This document shows, piece after piece, positions 12,601-26,877 of a stretch of 64,000 nucleotides of DNA. Under the pieces are notes generated by a model that was not told where the DNA came from, did not search any database, and worked only from the letters and a program-made list of their open reading frames with translations. The stretch is from Cycas panzhihuaensis (taxonomy: Eukaryota > Plantae > Cycadophyta), in assembly GCA_023213395.1 (NCBI GenBank), contig CM041465.1:233499741-233563740 (forward strand), written 5' to 3'. The translations under genes and the position numbers were made by a program. Positions within the stretch are counted from its first letter, which is position 1; each line of letters begins with the position of its first letter.

Positions 12601-15600
12601 AAAATAAATCATTTTTATGAGTTTTCATTATTTGAGGCACATTTAATCATTTTCATTGGGTCCATATTATTTTATGACATTTTTATTGATGTAATGTACC
12701 CAAAATGCGGGAGAAAATAAAACCAATTTATGTCATAGGCTCTAGAGAATCTATTTATAGAAAAATGTCAAAAATATTAAAAGAGAGTCATTTTAATGTT
12801 TTTAAATCACATCTTATTGTTTTTTTTTTTTTTTGATACGTAAAATCCTTGTAAAGTGAGGTTGACCCTTTGGTGTAAGGCGCCATGGGATAGGGGGAAC
12901 TATTCCACCAAAATTGCCTAGGATTTGCACTTGGCCCTATTTGCTTCGGAGACAAGGACAACACACTTCTACGCACCCTCTAAAAGCATGTAGGAATAAG
13001 ATGGGATAAATTACATAAAAATTGGGAACAGAAATCATAAAATACTAGCTCACTATCACAACATGCCAATCTGCCATGAACTCTGTGAAGCTTTGAGTTA
13101 AACTCCACCAAAGCCTCTTAGAAATATCGCAGCCACAAATCACAAAGACAGCACATGCCACCATTTGGGGTGCATGAGCCTCATGAAGACACATGTCCAG
13201 AGAACAAGAGAATTCGTCTTACCACACCACCTCACCAATGACACCTTGAGCACACATTTTCAGCTGGTAGTTTGACAACAAGCTGCCAAACCTCTATGAA
13301 GTATCACGCTCAATGTCCAACACCACCAAACATGCCTCAAACTCTATTTCCCATGCAAACAACATAGACTTATGTCACTACCTTTGATGAAGCCCAGTGT
13401 TCAAGATGATTGTAAACTCCATAGAACCATGTGCTTAGAAAATCGAGAAGTTACCACACTACCATGGAATAACACACTCATTGACTCAATGAATCTACAT
13501 GCCAGAGCACCAATGCCAAGCCCACATCAACTTTTGAACACCATTAAACAAGCCCCTAGAAGCGGCCCCATGTACCCACTTTGTGAAGACCTTAGGGCCC
13601 TTCCTCACCACCCCAAACTAACTGAATAGGATGACACCGAAGCAAGCCACCATTAATAAGAGTAACAACGCCATCCTCTGCATGAGCTTTTATACCCTCA
13701 ACATGTGCATAGGAGTGAATGCAAGCTATTGAAAATGAAGTAAAAGAGTCCACCAGACAAACTATCCCACAACTTGGACTACCAGACATGTGGGCAATTG
13801 ATCACACAACCTCCATCTCTATGTCATTATCTTCCAATAAAAAGCAACTTTTGATTGAGATTAGACTAGGTTTGGTGCAAAGAATGGCAATATTGCATGC
13901 TAGTCCATAAGCTTAGTCCAAGGGCTGCGATGTCACATAGGTGGGCTAATGAAGGGGATACCATAGGTCCATTACATGTTGCTAGAATATGAGTCTCTCA
14001 ACAAAATCAAATGCCACCTCACTGCAGAGCATCTCTTCACCTAGACAGTTACTCAAAAAGGATAAAACATAAAAAATGTTGTAGGAACAAATTAAGAGAG
14101 CCTGAGATCTCTCTCCCTGAGTGGACCTCTCCCACTCGCAATAGCCACCCCTGCACACAATAGTTGAGCCACAATACCATATGAAATGGTATGAAACTAA
14201 TATCCTCGATGCATCTATAAGATGACTCTTTTTTGTCATTAGAAAACAATAATTATTTGCTTCCGAAGGCAAACCTTGGTCAAATCTCCCTCTGTCATAT
14301 CCAAGAGAATCAAAAGATTTGGTCTGCCAGTTTTGCAATGCCTTCGAGCTCCTAAATAAGTTGCATAATTGGTTAGCTAACCTAAACCTCTTAGGTCGGC
14401 CACAAACAATTCTTAGAAAGGATCGGCCACAAATAGCTATGCAACAACGGATCGTCCAAACTGCCATGCCAAGTCGACCAACCTTGAGGAACCAAACCTG
14501 CTTGAGGACTGTGAAATACTACATCTAGACAAGCCCTCCAATAGGACGACTACAAATATCCTTACAATGAGGCCTACCAATCATGGCCACAATGCCCAAT
14601 TGCCAATCTCCATATGGAAGTCGAAACTAGCCTCGAAATTCTCTTCTACAACATCCACCAATCGAGACACAACTTCACAAGTTCCTCCATTGAAAGAGAG
14701 GACACAAGAATGGAATTTGGCAAGCATCAAATCTACAATGTAACTGCTATCATTATAAACCCCAAATGAGCCAAGTGTACTATCCATGGTCTTAGCAATC
14801 GACCAAAAATACCCATGACATGAAGATAGATCCAAATGAGTCTTAACAAATCAAAGACTCACTAAATGGCCATGCCAACACAATGCAAGGTCTGAGAAGT
14901 AAGCCAATCCTTGTCAACCTCTTTAAGATAAGGCTTGGGTTGGCCCATCTAAACTGCACCATGGCCGAACCACCATTCAAATAGTGAACAGGAGAACTCT
15001 AAAGGAATTTAGAGTCCCATCAATTACCAACCATAATGAACTTTATGACTAGCCCGTAAGGCAGGAAATTGCCCATCCTATAACAATGTGTAATCACATT
15101 CTCTTCAAAATGGTATTCGTGCTTCATGCAAATGGAATGGCCCATCTTGATGCCATTTGCACCTCATTATCAAGGAGTCAACAAAACATACACCAATTGA
15201 CCAACCAAAAACAATCCACTCATCATGACACGAAGGATAACTACACAACATTGAACCATATGCATACCACATAGAAAAAATTTTCCACAACAACCTCGCA
15301 TTGCCATGAACCATATCCGCCCTCTGAACACAACTTTGCCATGCATCAACACTACTCCTGGGTTGGCCAAGTTGTCTGCTTGAGTATTGTACCTTCTCAA
15401 GATGTGGTACAGATGGAATCTCTGGACTAAACTCATTTCTTGCTTGTAGTCCGATATCAGGTGTAGTCTTTTAGGCTATCGTCTTTTTCTAACAACATCA
15501 ATAACCACCTTAGAGTCGCTCATTACTGTTAATTGCTCCAAGTTGGCTTTGGAAGCAATCTCCAAACCTCTGACTAATGCCATAAATTTTACTTCATTAA

Positions 15601-17786
15601 TAGTTGTCAACCAAGCTCCTTTTGCATAATCAACACTCTCCCCTCATCATTACAAATGACACCCCTAGATCTTGCTCGACTTCGATTATTTTTGGATGCA
15701 CCGTCAAAGAAAAGGTGGTGATGATTGCTTTTCCAAACCAAGCAATGTTCATTCTCCTTATTGTTCTCCCACACCCCCCCACCCACCCCCCACTTTTTCA
15801 TAAATTTGCAAAAGGGTCACCACTATACACTCTTTAATAGACGACACCTCCGCCTTCTTGACTGACAAGTTGTGGACAACAACAGCCTCCCTCATAATTT
15901 TGACTGAGTGTTGCCAACACGCACTAATAGATCTCTTCTTCTTAGAGAAAATAAACTCATTATGAGCTAGCCAAATGCACCGACAAATTACTCAAGGAAG
16001 AAGGGACCACACTTTCTGGAGTGTAGAACACCTTTTAAATGGGCACTTGCTAGCCCAATTAGGGCCAAAAAGGTCCATGGTCTAGATCTCAGAGAACTGG
16101 ACCAAGGAGGCATTCATGTTCCTCCATCCCTCATTCCATGCTGCCTGTGAGTAGGAACATTTTGCAAAAGAATGGTTGATGCTTTTTGGCTCCACTTTAC
16201 ATAGTGTACATCTAGAGGGCCTCATAAATCCACTTTTACATAGATTTTTAGAGTTGAAAATTGCTCTATGCAAGACAAGCCAAACAAAGCAATCAATTTT
16301 AGAAAGTGATGAGAGACCCCAAATTTGGTTCTAATTCGCGAAGGAAGAAGACAAATGTTGGGTCATCGATCTGTATGCTTCCTTTATGGAGAAAACTCCA
16401 CTCCCAAAGAATGGTCCCCCATGATCTCATCCTCACCATCCCTTAGTCTAATTCTAAGTGGCTACTATTTGATTGAATTGCTCATATTCAGGGTGGAGGG
16501 CTTAAGGAAGATTAAAAAAATCACCAACCTCTTTGATGACCCAAGAACTATCTTCAGGGCAATCTTTCTTGAAATACTTGGACACCTTATCAATCTTGTG
16601 GGATGCATACCAAAGGTTTAACCCAAAATAGTTGAGTTGCAAGCTAGTGGAGGGAATCCATGTATTGGATTCGTCCACATATTGGCCTTTGTCCCATTGT
16701 TGATTTTCCATGATGTTCTAGTCTGGACCAATTCTAGATTGGCACAAATCTTCTTCTAGATTGGGGATCTTGCTTTGCTAAGCCTAGAGTTTGGATTCAG
16801 GATAGCCTGACCCATACTCCCCCCCCAAGCACTTAGATAACCAGATAACCATCTATAGATAACTATCTTGAGGACCAGGACTTCATCCTTGCATTGATCT
16901 GATCTACAATGTCTTTCCACTTGGTCACCCCTTGCCATTTGTGACTGATAGGAGCCCCTACGTAGGTGAAAAAATGTTTACCTTTAGCCAATTGGAATTC
17001 CAAATGGGAATTTATTTTGCGAGAAAGGATGGGAGAGCAGTTGAAGGTCATTACTTTCGACTTCTTGATATTGATCTTGGCTCCAACTGCTAGATAGAAG
17101 GAATCTAAAACTCTCTTAATAATTTTTGCTTCACCAATAGACGTGTCTCGAAAGAGTAAAGCGTTGTCAACACACTAAGAATGGATGATGTGGTCCAATC
17201 TAGAAGTCATCGTGACCCTAAGCAGTGAACCATTCCTTCACTCTTCAGATAAAGTCTTGTTGAGGGCCTTAGCCATAATCATAAAGAGGGCAGGAGATAA
17301 AGGGAAACCTTAGCTTATTCGTCTAGACACACTGAAGAATTCCGTTGGGGTACCATTGATGAGGACTACAAATGAGGCAGTACTAATACACACTTTGACC
17401 CACTTAATCTAGTTCTTATCAAACCCCATCTTGTCCATAACCTTAATAAGAAAATGCTAGTTGAGTATATCATACACATTCACAAAGTCAAGCTTGGGCA
17501 TCATCATTCTCTTTCTAGATGTGACCACCGAGTGAATGACCTCTTGCGCAATGATCATCTGATCAGTAATCAACCTCACTTTCACTTTTCCACCTTGTTC
17601 AACTAAGACCCATGATGGCATGATTTCCTGGAGTCTGGAGGCCATAACTTTCATAACGATTTTATACAAAAAGTTGCACAATGAAATGGATCTAAACTTG
17701 TTGATAGTGGAGCCAACCTTGTCCTTTGGGATGAGGGCAAGCAAGGTGGAGTTTATGGCTTTGAGCATTTGCCCTAACTTTCTTGA

Positions 17787-20700
17787 TGTAAGAGAATAAT
17801 AAAAATACACAAACACTAAACAAGCAATGAAGCTAAGAGAGAGTACAAGAGAATAATACAGATTTTTACGTGGAAAACCTTGGCAGAGTGCAAGGTAAAA
17901 AATTCATCGAGCAAAGGTCTCTTCTTTATTAGCAGCAAGATCAGAAGTACATTTTTTTTTGTTCATCACACTACAACATCTTGATTGAACTTGTATGTAT
18001 GAAAACACCAACTCCAAATCCGTGCCAAAAAGCTTTGCTAAAAAGTCGTGCCAAAAAACAAAAGAACTGCGCTAAAAAGGAAAAAGCAAAAAAGTTGTTT
18101 TTTGCTTTGTCTGCAGCTTAACGATCGTGTCTGAAACGGCCTAACAGCCGCAAGCAGGTTTCAGTTGCTCAGGGGGGCAACAGCCTACCCCCATGGGACC
18201 CCGTAACCTTTTTGCACAGGGCGCAACGCTCAACGTAAGGAGAATTTTACACATCAGCTATATAGTCATCATGTTGGAAATCCAACATTCTCCCACTTGA
18301 AGTCAATTCTAAATCATGCTACTATCTATTCCTTCCAAGAGACCAATGCCCATGTTGATTATCATTTTGTTATATGCAGTCCCAAAGAAGTTTTGCACTA
18401 GATAAACTTCTCCCTTCCAATCAGCTTTGTCAACATGTCTACTGGGTTGTCATCAGTATGGATCTTCTGCAATGAGACTTGCCCTTTTGCTATAATGTCA
18501 CATACAAAGTGATATTGCGCAACTATGTGCTTTGTCTTGCCATGAAATGCTGGGTTTCTTGCTAAGTGCAAGGCACTTTGACTGTCACAATGTAAAGCAA
18601 TCGTATTCTTCCTGACTTGCAGTTCTCCCAATAATCTTTCCAGCCAAATCGCTTCCTTATAGGATTGTGTTGCTTCCATATCTTTTGCTTCTGTAATAGA
18701 TAATGCCACCACAAATTGTAGTTTTGATATCCAACTGATTGCTCCACCTGCAAGAGTGAACACATATCTTGTAGTGGACTTACATCTGTCTCTATCATTA
18801 GCAAAGTCTGAATCTACAAACCCTGTCACCTGAAGATCTGCCAAACTATAACAGATAGTTGCATCTAAAGTACCCTTCAAATAACAAAGGATCCACTTCA
18901 CAACAGTCCAATGATCACAATCGGGATTTGCCATGAATTGACTAACAACTCCCACTGCTTGGGCAATGTCTAGTCTAGTACACACCATGGCAAGCATTAG
19001 GCTGCCTACTGCTGATGAGTATGGTACATGAAACATTTGTGCCTTCCCTATTTCGTTGCTAGGACTTTGTTCTGAAGACAACTTCATGTGTGTAGGAAAT
19101 GGGGTACTAACTAGTTGAGCATTCTACATGTTGAAGCGTTGCAGAACTTTTTCCGCATATGTCTTTTGTGTAAGCTAGATCTTCTTGCTTTTCCTATCTC
19201 TATATATCCTCATGCCAAGAATCTGATTTGTAACACCTAAATCCTTTACTTCAAATGTCCTAGGCAACTGAGCCTTAAGTTTGACGATTCTATTCATGTT
19301 GGGGCCTGCAACCAACATGTCGTCAACGTATAACAACAAGATAATGAAACTGACATCATCATATCTTTTAAAGTAAGTACAATGATCAGCTTCGCATGTG
19401 CTAAATCCCAACCTCATCATGAAGGAATCAAATTGCTTGTACCAACATCTAGGCGCCTGTTTGAGACCATATAGCGATTTGTTCAACCTGCATACAAGAT
19501 TCTCGTTGCCTCTTATCACAAAACCTTCCGGTTGTTCCATATAAATTTCCTCATTGAGATCACCATGCAAAAATGTTGTCTTCACATCAAGTTGTTCCAA
19601 TTTAAGGTCAAGGGAAGTAGTCAAAGCTAGCACAACTTCAACAGTGCTCAAACGTACAACTGGGGAAAAGATTTCATCAAAATCTACATCTTATTTCTGT
19701 GCATACCTCTTAGCCACCAGTTGAGCTCTATGCCGCTCAACTACACCATCAACATCCCTTTTCAGCTTAAAGATCCACCAATTTCCTATGGCCTTGTGTC
19801 CTGCAGGCAATTCCATCAGCTCTAATGTGTTGTTTTTACTTAGGGCCTCCATTTCCTCCTTCATGGCAATCCTCCATTTGCTTGCATCTTTAGCCTCATA
19901 AGCTTTGTGAAATGAGCTAGGCTCACCAACATCAGTAACTAATGCAAAAGATGAATGTGCATTAGGAGTATACCTTTCGGGTGTCTTAGATAGTCTAGTG
20001 GATCTTTTAACCCAATGAGATACATCAACCTGTGGCTACTCATGTTGTTGTTCTTCCTATTCAGTCACCATATTCTGTTGTTTAGGTTCTTGATTTTCAT
20101 CTTTTTCCACAACACCATCTTCCACTTTTATTTCCTTAGTATATATAACAACTATTGTTTGTTGTTCTTCAACTTTTTGCATGGATTTTTCATGAAATAC
20201 CACATCTTGGCAAATGATAAGCTTGCGGGCAGTAGTATCCCACAACCTATACCCTTTTGTTCCATCACAATAGCCAAGAAAAATACGCTTCTTGGACTTT
20301 GCGTCCAACTTGGACCTTTGTTCCTTTAAAACATGGGCATAAGCATCACAACCAAAAATAGCTAAATGGGAATAATTAACAGGTTTTCCTGTCCATACCT
20401 CTTTAGGAATCTTCCCATCTAGAGTTGTAGTGGGTGACCTATTGACCAGGTAAATAGTTGTATTTATAGCCTCAACCCAAAATTCTTGTCCCAAACCAGC
20501 AGTGATGAGAATACACCTAACATGCTCCATAATGGTATGGTTCATCCTCTTAGCAACCCCATTTTGTTGTGGAGTGTTGGGAATTGTTTTATGCCTGGCT
20601 ATTCCATTCTCACTGCAAAATTGATCAAATTCCTTCAAGCAAAACTCTTCCCTATTATCTGTCCTCAGACACTTAATGGTCTTACCCATTTGTTTCTCTA

Positions 20701-22880
20701 CAAGAGCTTTTAATTTCTTAAAATAGTCTAAGGCATCTGACTTCTTCTTGACAAGGAACACCCATACTTTACAAGAGTAGTCATCAATGAATGATACAAA
20801 ATACAATGACCCTCCTAATGAAGCTATTGGTGTAGGTCCAAAACTATTTGAATGTAACAACTGCAAAAAATCTGAACTTCTAGTAGTGCCTCTGGCAACT
20901 TGTAGCCTATTATGTTTTCCAAACAAACAATGTTCACAAAAACTGAGATTAGGAGATTTTTAACCTGGTAGAAGGTTTCTGTCAAGTAGTAGTATCTTTA
21001 ATCCTCTCTCGCTCATGTGGCCTAGGCATTGATGCCACAAAGTTACAAAATCCGTGGTGCCTGTTGTTGCCACTGCAACCTCCCTGGTTATAGTCTCTCC
21101 GATCAGCTTGTACAGATTGTGTTCACATTTCTTGGCCTTCATCACTACTAGAGCTCCCTTAGAGACCTTTAAACAACCTTTCTCACTATTGTATTTATAG
21201 TCCAACTCATCAAACTTACCCAAAGACAACAAGTTCTTCTTCAGCTCTAGAACATGGCGAACTCTCTGAATGGTATGAACAACTTCATCATACATCTTCA
21301 GTTGACTTCTTCTTCTCTTACAACCTTGCATGAGTTATCGTTGCCCATGTAGATTGTGCCTCCATCACATGACTAGTATGAGGAGAAGCAATCCCTCTGT
21401 GGCGTCATATGGAATGAAGCCCCTGAGTCGAATAGCCATATGTGCAGCAATCGTTCTCGAGAGTTTGCTGAAAGCACTTCACCATCTTCCCCCTGTGATC
21501 TTGAATTTTCAACTATGTTTGCATCTGAGGTTTGCGAGCTAAGTTTTCTTGCTTTTGCTTTTAGTAGCCTATAGTCCTTCTTGAGATGTCCTGACTTTCC
21601 ACAATGCCAACATTTTCCCCTTCTTCGCATCTTAGACTTCGACCTGGAATGAGATCTGCTTGATTGATTTCTTTCTATGGTCTTGCCCCTTACAAATAAG
21701 GCATCACTGGAAGACCCACTTAGAGATGTCTTCTGCCTCGATTCCTCCTCCAACAATGCGGCCACTATATCATCATAAATGAGGGTCCTGGAAGGATATG
21801 CATTCCTAAGTGTCATCACTAGCTGGTCCCATGAGTCTAGTAGTGAACAAAGTAGGGTTGCAGCCTTATCTTCCTCTGTGATCTTCACTCGTGCTGAACT
21901 TAGCTTGTTAATCAGTGTGTTGAATTCGCTCAGATGGTTTGCAACTGGTGTTTCATCCTTCATTCTCAAATTGTACAACTATCTCCGTAGAAAAATTCTG
22001 TTTGGTAAGGACTTCATTTCATATAACTTGTTGAGTTTATCCCAAAGCCCCTTCATTGTTGTCTCCTCTGCTATATTGAATAGAACTGAATTGACTAAGG
22101 ATAGATTAATATCTGCCCTAGCTTTCATATCCATAACGTCTCAGTCTTCTGCAGACATCGCTATTGGTTTGGTTGTCACACCCTTAAGGGCTAGAACGCA
22201 ACTATCTTTAACCAACATCTCTTGGATTTTTAGCTTCCATAGAGCAAAGTTTGACCCATTGAACTTCTCTATCTCAAATCTGGTCATACTCATTTTTGAC
22301 TTCTTTCTATCGTGTCCACAACTGTGGGAGAAACAAGCCCTCGGCTCTGATACCAATTGTAAGAGAAGAATAACAATGCATAGACACCAAACAAGCAATG
22401 AACCCAAGAGAGAGTACAAGAGAACAACACAAATTTTTACGTGAAAAACCTTGGCAGAGTGCCAAGGTAAAAAAACCCACTGAGCAAAACTCTCTTCTTT
22501 ATTAGTAGCAAGATCAGAAGTACATTTTTTTTTGCTTCATCATACTACAACAGCTTGATCAAACTTGTATGTATGAAAATACCAACTCCAAAGCCACGCC
22601 AAAAAGCCGTGCCAAAAAACAAAAAAAGCTACGTCGAAAAGGAAAAATTAAAAAAAAAATATTTTTTGCCCTGTCCACAACCTGTGTCCGGAATAGCCTA
22701 TGGCAGTATCGCGGTCTAATGGCTGCGAGCAACTTTCAACTACTTAGTGGGGCAACAACCTGCCCCCTTAGGACCCCTCCAACCTTTTTGCACCCAGCAC
22801 AATGCTCAACACGAGGAGAATTTTACACATTAGCTATACAATCATCATGTTGGAAACTAGAATTTGTTTCACATCCAATA
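17787..22880 (-). mobile_element. Element B: complete Ty1/Copia (Tnt1/Tork-like) retrotransposon inserted in the LINE RT
   Basis: 5' LTR 22358-22880 and 3' LTR 17787-18287. PBS complement at 22344-22355, PPT complement TTCTCCCACT at 18288. TSD CTTGA at 17782-17786 and 22881-22885. The LINE frame rejoins across it (MAEES|RKLGQMLK). Confidence 0.95.
18350..22293 (-). pseudogene. gag-pol of Copia B (gag, CCHC, protease, integrase, RT, RNase H), with stops and frameshifts
   Basis: [91 protein letters not shown]. Confidence 0.92.
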
Positions 22881-25800
22881 CTTGATTCCTCTGCCATCTA
22901 GAGAAGATCATCTTTAATGATCCGCCAAGTTGTCTAGTAGAAGTTTGCCTAGAGCCTATTGGGCCCAGGAGATTTGTCAGGTTGTAATGCAAAAACAACC
23001 TTCCTTACTTCATCCAAGGACACTTCTTTGGTTAGTTTGGAGTTCATCTCTCTTGTGACCACTTTGGGGATAGCTTTGAACATCTCAAATTGGCATAATC
23101 TCTGTTTGTTTGGTCTTCTGAAAATAAAGTCGCAAAATGTTTTGTGGCCATAGTCTTAATTTCTTCCTGGGTTCTGGCAATTTGGCCCATATCAAGCTTC
23201 GGTTTGACTATCTTATTCCCCATCTAGTAAGTAGAGACAACTTTGTGAAAAAATGAGGAGTTGGTGTCCCCTTTCTTGACCCACAACATTTGAGATCTAA
23301 ATTTTGCAAGTGCATCTTGGTCCTTCTCTAAGGATTCCAGTTTGTCAAGCAAGACTTCTTCCTCCCTCTTGATTTTTGGAGAGTCGCTTCCAATAATAAT
23401 CTTCTCATTTAGAATATTAATCTATCTTTTTATTTGATGGTACTCAAACTTGGACTGATTCATCACTCCCCATTGCCATTGCTTTAAGTTGTTCTTGATC
23501 TGTTTTAGCTTGGAATGGGAGACAAACATTTTTGTACCTGAATACTAGGCTTTCACCCATCACTTCTCAATCATGATCTAACTTGCTCCTTGGAAGAATT
23601 GTGGATTCGACTTCAATGACATCCAAAAGTGATTTATAAATCAAAAACCTATCAACCCTTTCCAGGACCCACAAAGCTTCTACTCTTCTATTGGACCACG
23701 TGAACAAACCATTCATAGGCTCAACATTTATCAATCTTCTCTCTACCATGAGATCTTGAACCATCTTAGCTTGTTTGCTTAAGTAGAATTGTCCTCCTTC
23801 TCATGCGGGTGCAGCACCACATTTAGAGCACCTCCAATGATCTAGCTTTGGGCATCACTATCCTTGCCATCTGCCATACATCCGCCCAACACTCTTGTCC
23901 TAACTAGAAGTGGTTAGGTCTGTATACATTGGTGAAATCCCCTACCATGTTGTTGTTTGATACCTGAAGCTTGGTCCTTACCTAGTCTCTTCCTTTAGAA
24001 GTTTCTACTATCTTGAAGGTTCTATTGTTCTATAACATGATTAATCCACTAGATTGGCCCCTCGCGTCGATGCTCATGATAGAGTACAAACTACCACTCT
24101 ATTTGAGGTGCCATCTTTTTGCTTCAACTTCAAAAAGTTTTGTTTCTTGGAAAAAGAGAACATCAGGTTTCCAATTCTTGATGTGGCCTTTTAGAGTTCA
24201 TTTAGTCAAGGTCAAGCCCAAGCCCCTTATGTTCCAAGAGACTATGTTCATTTTTGACCACGCCGGGAAGGACCCTTTTTGGCTTTTGTCCCACCTTCAG
24301 ACATGATGGGATTTTCAATCTGATGGATGTCACTGGTTTTCCTGCCATGTTGATTATCACTGGTTTGTTTCCCATGTAAATATCGCGTTATCTAGGCTTG
24401 AGATCCACTTGCAACTTCTTTGTTGGTTGCGATGTTGCAGATCTTATTGTTGGGTTTTCTTTCCCTTTTCCATATGTCTCCATAGTCCATTTGTTAATCT
24501 CTTATCGGGGCTGGTAGAATCCCCCACCTTAATTTGGGTGGTATCGCCCCCCCTTCTCTAGCCTCATTTGCAACCTCTTCCACCCTTCTTATGTCTTTGT
24601 CCGCAGTATCAACCTGGAGGTTTAACATTTTGAGCACAACATCAACTTCCTAGGTACTGCTAACGCCAATCGCTTCTTCATTGCTCACAAAAGGGTAGAT
24701 CCCTCCAACCATAGGGCGTATGGGTTTGCCGTCGGCACAAATCATCCTTTTTTGGTGTGTGTGCTCACCTTCATTGTGTTGCACACTAGGATGTTTTCCT
24801 TCGACGATATCTTCGATCTCTCTATCATTTGTGTTGTCTAGAACTTGGAACCTATTTCCTTGGTCCCTTCTCGAAGTAGATGGGCCCCTATGCTAAGACC
24901 TAGTATGCCCTCTAGCTTGCATGCGGAAAAACCCTTCATCCTCCTTTAGACTTGGGTTCGAAAGAGGCACACTCTTTCATAGAGAATAATCACAGGTGAA
25001 GTGGTTGTGTTGATGACAAACCCCACATTTGAAAGGGATTTGTTCGTAATCTACTTTTCATACCCACAACTGTTTTTTTAACATTAACTCCATTTTTTTC
25101 AAGAGACCCTCAATGACATCTATCTCAACACAGATTTGGGCAAACAAAGTCACCTTTTGTGTTGTCATTGCATCAACTACCTTGAGAAACTTCTCCAAGG
25201 AGGATCCCATAACCTCAAAGGCTTGCTCGCTCCAAAATTGCAAAGGGGAGAAAGAAAGTTTCACCCATATTGGTATAGACCTAGAAATCTCTTGGCATGG
25301 GTTGAAAGTTTTCTCTCACAATTTCATGAACATCTTGATTCTAGCCATAAACCATGGCCCTTTATTGAAAATCACATCCTTGTCTTTGGCCTCATTGAAG
25401 ATCACCACAAAAAACCCTTGTCCTGCAAAAAACACATAAGGTTCTTGAGAAATTAGGGGTGCCTAATTCATTTGGATCTAAGTGGCCATCCCTTTAGGAG
25501 AAGGCCACGGATTATAAAATTGACACACTAATCTGCACTCATCTAAAGATCTGGATTCTCTCGTGCGATGGCTTGCATCAAGCATGGCCTTAGGTATAGA
25601 CCCTTTGTGTTTCACGCAAGAACCCTTGTTGGGGTGCAACCCACTTCATCCTTCTCCGGGGAAGCTATGTCCAGAGAGTGCTCTTGAAGTGCAGTCGCCA
25701 TGTGTATAACTGCCAGATCTAACTATCGAGATACTTCCATGTTACCGCACTGGATGAGCCAATGATTGGATCAACCTTGCTCTCTCGTCCTACACGGAAC

Positions 25801-26877
25801 CAAACCCTAAGTTGTGATGAGTAGCAACTTACTACCCTGTGATGCAAAACCTTGTGGAAGGAAAAATCTGCTCTAATAGCCCGATATTTCTTTCATCTTA
25901 TTGTTAGTCATGTTTAAGTTAATGCTAATTTGTATTGCTAGATTATTGTAAGCCTATAGGGCCTTTTTCATGTGTTTTCTAGCCATTAGAGCCAATGAAC
26001 GATGTATTTTTGACCATTTGATGTTTATGAAGCTACTATTGTCCCATTAGACAAGAGGTGGGACGCATTTTATGCTACTTTTGCATTTATTTTCTAGCAC
26101 ACTTGCCTAGGCCATGTAGGATGACATGTTTTTTGAGTGTTGTTGACATGTTGCTAACTAAACCACATAACTGAAGGAGCTACCTAACAAGTTGGTGGCT
26201 ACAATGTCTAGTTATTGATGTGGACTGACAGATGGAGCATCCTTCATATGGACATTAGTAGGATTGAAGACCCTTGAAACAACTTGAGTTCCAACAAAAT
26301 TTGGAGACAAAAATTGTATTTTTGATATGACATTTATCATTATGCAATTGTATTTTACGAGGGAGAATATTGGATAATAATATTCAATTACATGAAACGT
26401 AATATCAAACCCGCTCGTACTCTCATATTATTCATCAATTTTATATTGTAAACACATTGTTATGTGTGCCACCTGAAATGTGTGTGGGCACACAAAGGTT
26501 GACTTTTGAGGTTTTCTATTTGAGGCGAGATGTATTACAAATATATATATATATATATATATAATTTCTTGAATAAGATGATGGTTGGTCATTCTTACAA
26601 ATTCCTTGTTCAATATCTTGTATATATGTTTCATTGTTTTGAGTGTTTTTTGTCATATCATGCACTCACTCCTAGTTCATTGTTCATGCCCTTGTTGGGT
26701 CCATTCACCTTGTCAATTGCTTTTGCATGCTCACCCAACATTGTGGTATTAGAGCTCTTTCATATTCCAACATGGTCTTATAGTGATGTCAAAATTCCAG
26801 CATGGTATTAAAGCTATACCACATAAAAATTCCAACATAGTATTAAAGTTATACCATGTAAAAATTCCAACAGAGAG

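Larger units (their letters stand above)
12822..25893 (-). mobile_element. Full-length L1-clade LINE with RNase H, degenerate, interrupted by Copia B
   Basis: poly(A) tail appears as a T run at ~12820-12834. TSD CATCTTATTGTT at 12810-12821 and 25894-25905. ORF1 ~25720-24255 is DUF4283/CCHC-like (NGPWF, CVEIDV, PFKCGVCHQHNH). ORF2 starts at ATG 24251: MNIVSWNIRG and FTWSNRR (APE endonuclease), RT (INSTLLALIPK, RSISLCNFLYKI), zf-RVT at ~16080-16280, RNase H FFDGASK...HILRRYNTQADNLAN at ~15330-15720. Confidence 0.92.
10166..26872 (+). mobile_element. Element A: LTR retrotransposon with no recognisable coding capacity (non-autonomous), hosting the LINE
   Basis: 5' LTR 10166-10623, PBS TGGTATTAAAGC at 10624, PPT GAGGGAGAA at ~26359-26367, 3' LTR 26368-26872. 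Perfect TSD GAGAG at 10161-10165 and 26873-26877. Confidence 0.88.

Noticed and set aside
21779-22444. 221-aa plus-strand ORF
   Set aside because: It is the antisense shadow of Copia B gag and LTR, with no independent motif.
26735-26872. Regularly spaced ~33-bp repeats resembling a CRISPR array
   Set aside because: There are no unique spacers and no cas genes, and the context is eukaryotic. The units are LTR end plus PBS copies.
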